From contig JAEYRH010000009.1 in NCBI GenBank assembly GCA_023435705.1, positions 264,572 to 328,571 of the forward strand: 64,000 nt of DNA. The letters run 5' to 3'. The position numbers were made by a program, and so were the translations under genes. A model generated the notes under the pieces. That model ran no database searches. It saw only the letters and a list, made by a program, of their open reading frames with translations, and was not told the DNA's origin. Shown one piece after another: positions 62,850 through 64,000 of this stretch. The DNA comes from Bacillota bacterium. Lineage in GTDB: Bacteria > Bacillota > Clostridia > Christensenellales > UMGS416. Positions within the stretch are counted from its first letter, which is position 1, and each line of letters opens with the position of its first letter.

Positions 62850-63974
62850 ATGAACCCAACAATCCAACCCAACGCAACTTTCCGCCACATTGTGCTGGAG
62901 GGCACCTCCTACGAGTGCGGCCTCGCCCTGGGTGAGCACATCAAGGCTTTTTCCGCCCAGGAGCGGGCGATGTATACGGAGCTTAAGCCCGAGCAGTCTG
63001 ACATGGCGCCGGAGGCGCTGCAGGCGCTGATGGCACTGAACGACAGGCACTGCCCCGGTGTGAGCGATGAGATCAGGGGCATGGCCGACGGCTTGTGCGT
63101 GCCGCTGCCAAGGCTCGCTGCCAACCTGATGTGGCACACGCCTGTGGGCTGCTGCAGCCACATTGCCGTGCTGGCTGATGAGACAGTAGAGAACCACACG
63201 CTAGTCGCCCGCAGCTATGAGTGGAGCACAGAGGATGCGCTCTGTCTGATCACCACCCGCGTGATTGGCAAGTATGCCCACATCGGTTTCTCCATCATGG
63301 GGTGCGGCCGGTTTGACGGCATCAACGAAAAGGGTTTGTGCATCACCATGTCAGCAGGGGCGCCGGGCAAGGAGCCCACCGGCGGTGGCTTCTTTTTCTG
63401 GGCGGCGATTCGCGCCGCGCTGGACAGCTGCGCCAACGTGGACGAGGCTGTGGCGCACATCTCGGCGATGCCCTCTTGTTTCTATGACAACCTGATCCTC
63501 ACCGATAACCTTGGCAACGCCGCGCTCATTGAAGACGCCTGCGGCCACCGCGCCGTTAAGCGCATCGGCCCGGGCAGCGCCGAGCGGCACCTGTTTTCCA
63601 CCAACCACTTCACGCTTCCAGGCATGGCGGAGCGGGGCAGTAAGCCCATGTGGATGTCGGTGGCGCGGCATCAGCGGATCGAGCGGGAGTTTGCCCAGCG
63701 GCCCAAGGCCAGCCGTGAGTCGCTGAAGGCGCTTTTGACCGCTCCTGTGCCCGATGGGTTGAGCTGCCACTACTATTCTGACTGGTTCGGCACATTGTGG
63801 TCGATGCTCTTCGATGTGACCGCCGGGGAGGTGGAAGCTTGCTTTGGCTCGCCTCGCGCCAATGCCTGGCACACATTCGGTCTGAATGACCCTGCCGGGG
63901 TGACCGAATACCCTGCAGTGCTGCCCAACGAAATTTGCGCAGACCGGCGCTTCTTTTCCACCCGGTGGGAATGA
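62850..63974 (+). CDS. C45 family peptidase / acyl-CoA:6-APA acyltransferase-like protein
   Basis: 374 aa from ATG 62850. LEGTSYECGLALGEH, GCCSHIAV (candidate Cys nucleophile), NEKGLCITMSAG. Confidence 0.7.
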   Translation: MNPTIQPNATFRHIVLEGTSYECGLALGEHIKAFSAQERAMYTELKPEQSDMAPEALQALMALNDRHCPGVSDEIRGMADGLCVPLPRLAANLMWHTPVGCCSHIAVLADETVENHTLVARSYEWSTEDALCLITTRVIGKYAHIGFSIMGCGRFDGINEKGLCITMSAGAPGKEPTGGGFFFWAAIRAALDSCANVDEAVAHISAMPSCFYDNLILTDNLGNAALIEDACGHRAVKRIGPGSAERHLFSTNHFTLPGMAERGSKPMWMSVARHQRIEREFAQRPKASRESLKALLTAPVPDGLSCHYYSDWFGTLWSMLFDVTAGEVEACFGSPRANAWHTFGLNDPAGVTEYPAVLPNEICADRRFFSTRWE

Positions 63975-64000
63975 CCGCTACACTTTATCCATAAGCATCG

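Overview
This is a 64-kb chromosomal window from a high-GC Firmicute. Gene content and order suggest Clostridia of the Oscillospirales type, but that placement is inference only. I call about 60 protein genes and one tRNA. I saw no rRNA, transposase, integrase, phage genes or CRISPR array.

Housekeeping backbone:
- hrcA-grpE-dnaK-(extra methyltransferase)-dnaJ-prmA-mtaB-HIT, with a perfect CIRCE operator.
- tRNA-Gly(CCC)-tuf.
- rpmG-secE-nusG-rplK-rplA.
- pfkA, an Mrp/NBP35 ATPase, an M3 oligoendopeptidase and ftsH.

Accessory modules between these:
- Two ABC exporter sets, one under a YtrA-type GntR repressor.
- Two tandem membrane GGDEF cyclases.
- A PadR/DUF2812 pair divergent from a 4Fe-4S protein.
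- A GH3 glycosidase.
- Three tandem DUF975 paralogs, and a DUF421/DUF4363 pair.
- A GlsB x2 / amidase / LURP-one islet.
- A heterodimeric MsbA-type exporter.
- A dGTPase-like HD protein beside a membrane MutS-like ATPase and a small HD protein.
- CAP-domain, AraC/GyrI and C45 peptidase genes.

Most notable observations:
1. A tightly coupled five-gene minus-strand operon (15150-22448). It encodes an acyl-AMP ligase, a hidden 75-aa carrier protein, a MacB-type ATPase, a 1078-aa double-FtsX permease with a ~260-aa coiled coil, and a stand-alone NRPS-type condensation domain. I read it as a candidate uncharacterised acyl-conjugate synthesis and export system.
2. Two inverted copies of a ~150-nt modular hairpin repeat that bracket the methyltransferase and dnaJ inside the dnaK operon.
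3. A 198-nt structured element bounded by a perfect 15-bp inverted repeat, with terminator/antiterminator logic, upstream of a SAM-dependent methyltransferase.
4. An AmmeMemoRadiSam locus in which a LigB/Memo-like domain and AMMECR1 are fused, followed by CDGSH and GNAT genes.

All family assignments come from motif recognition by eye and need HMM confirmation.
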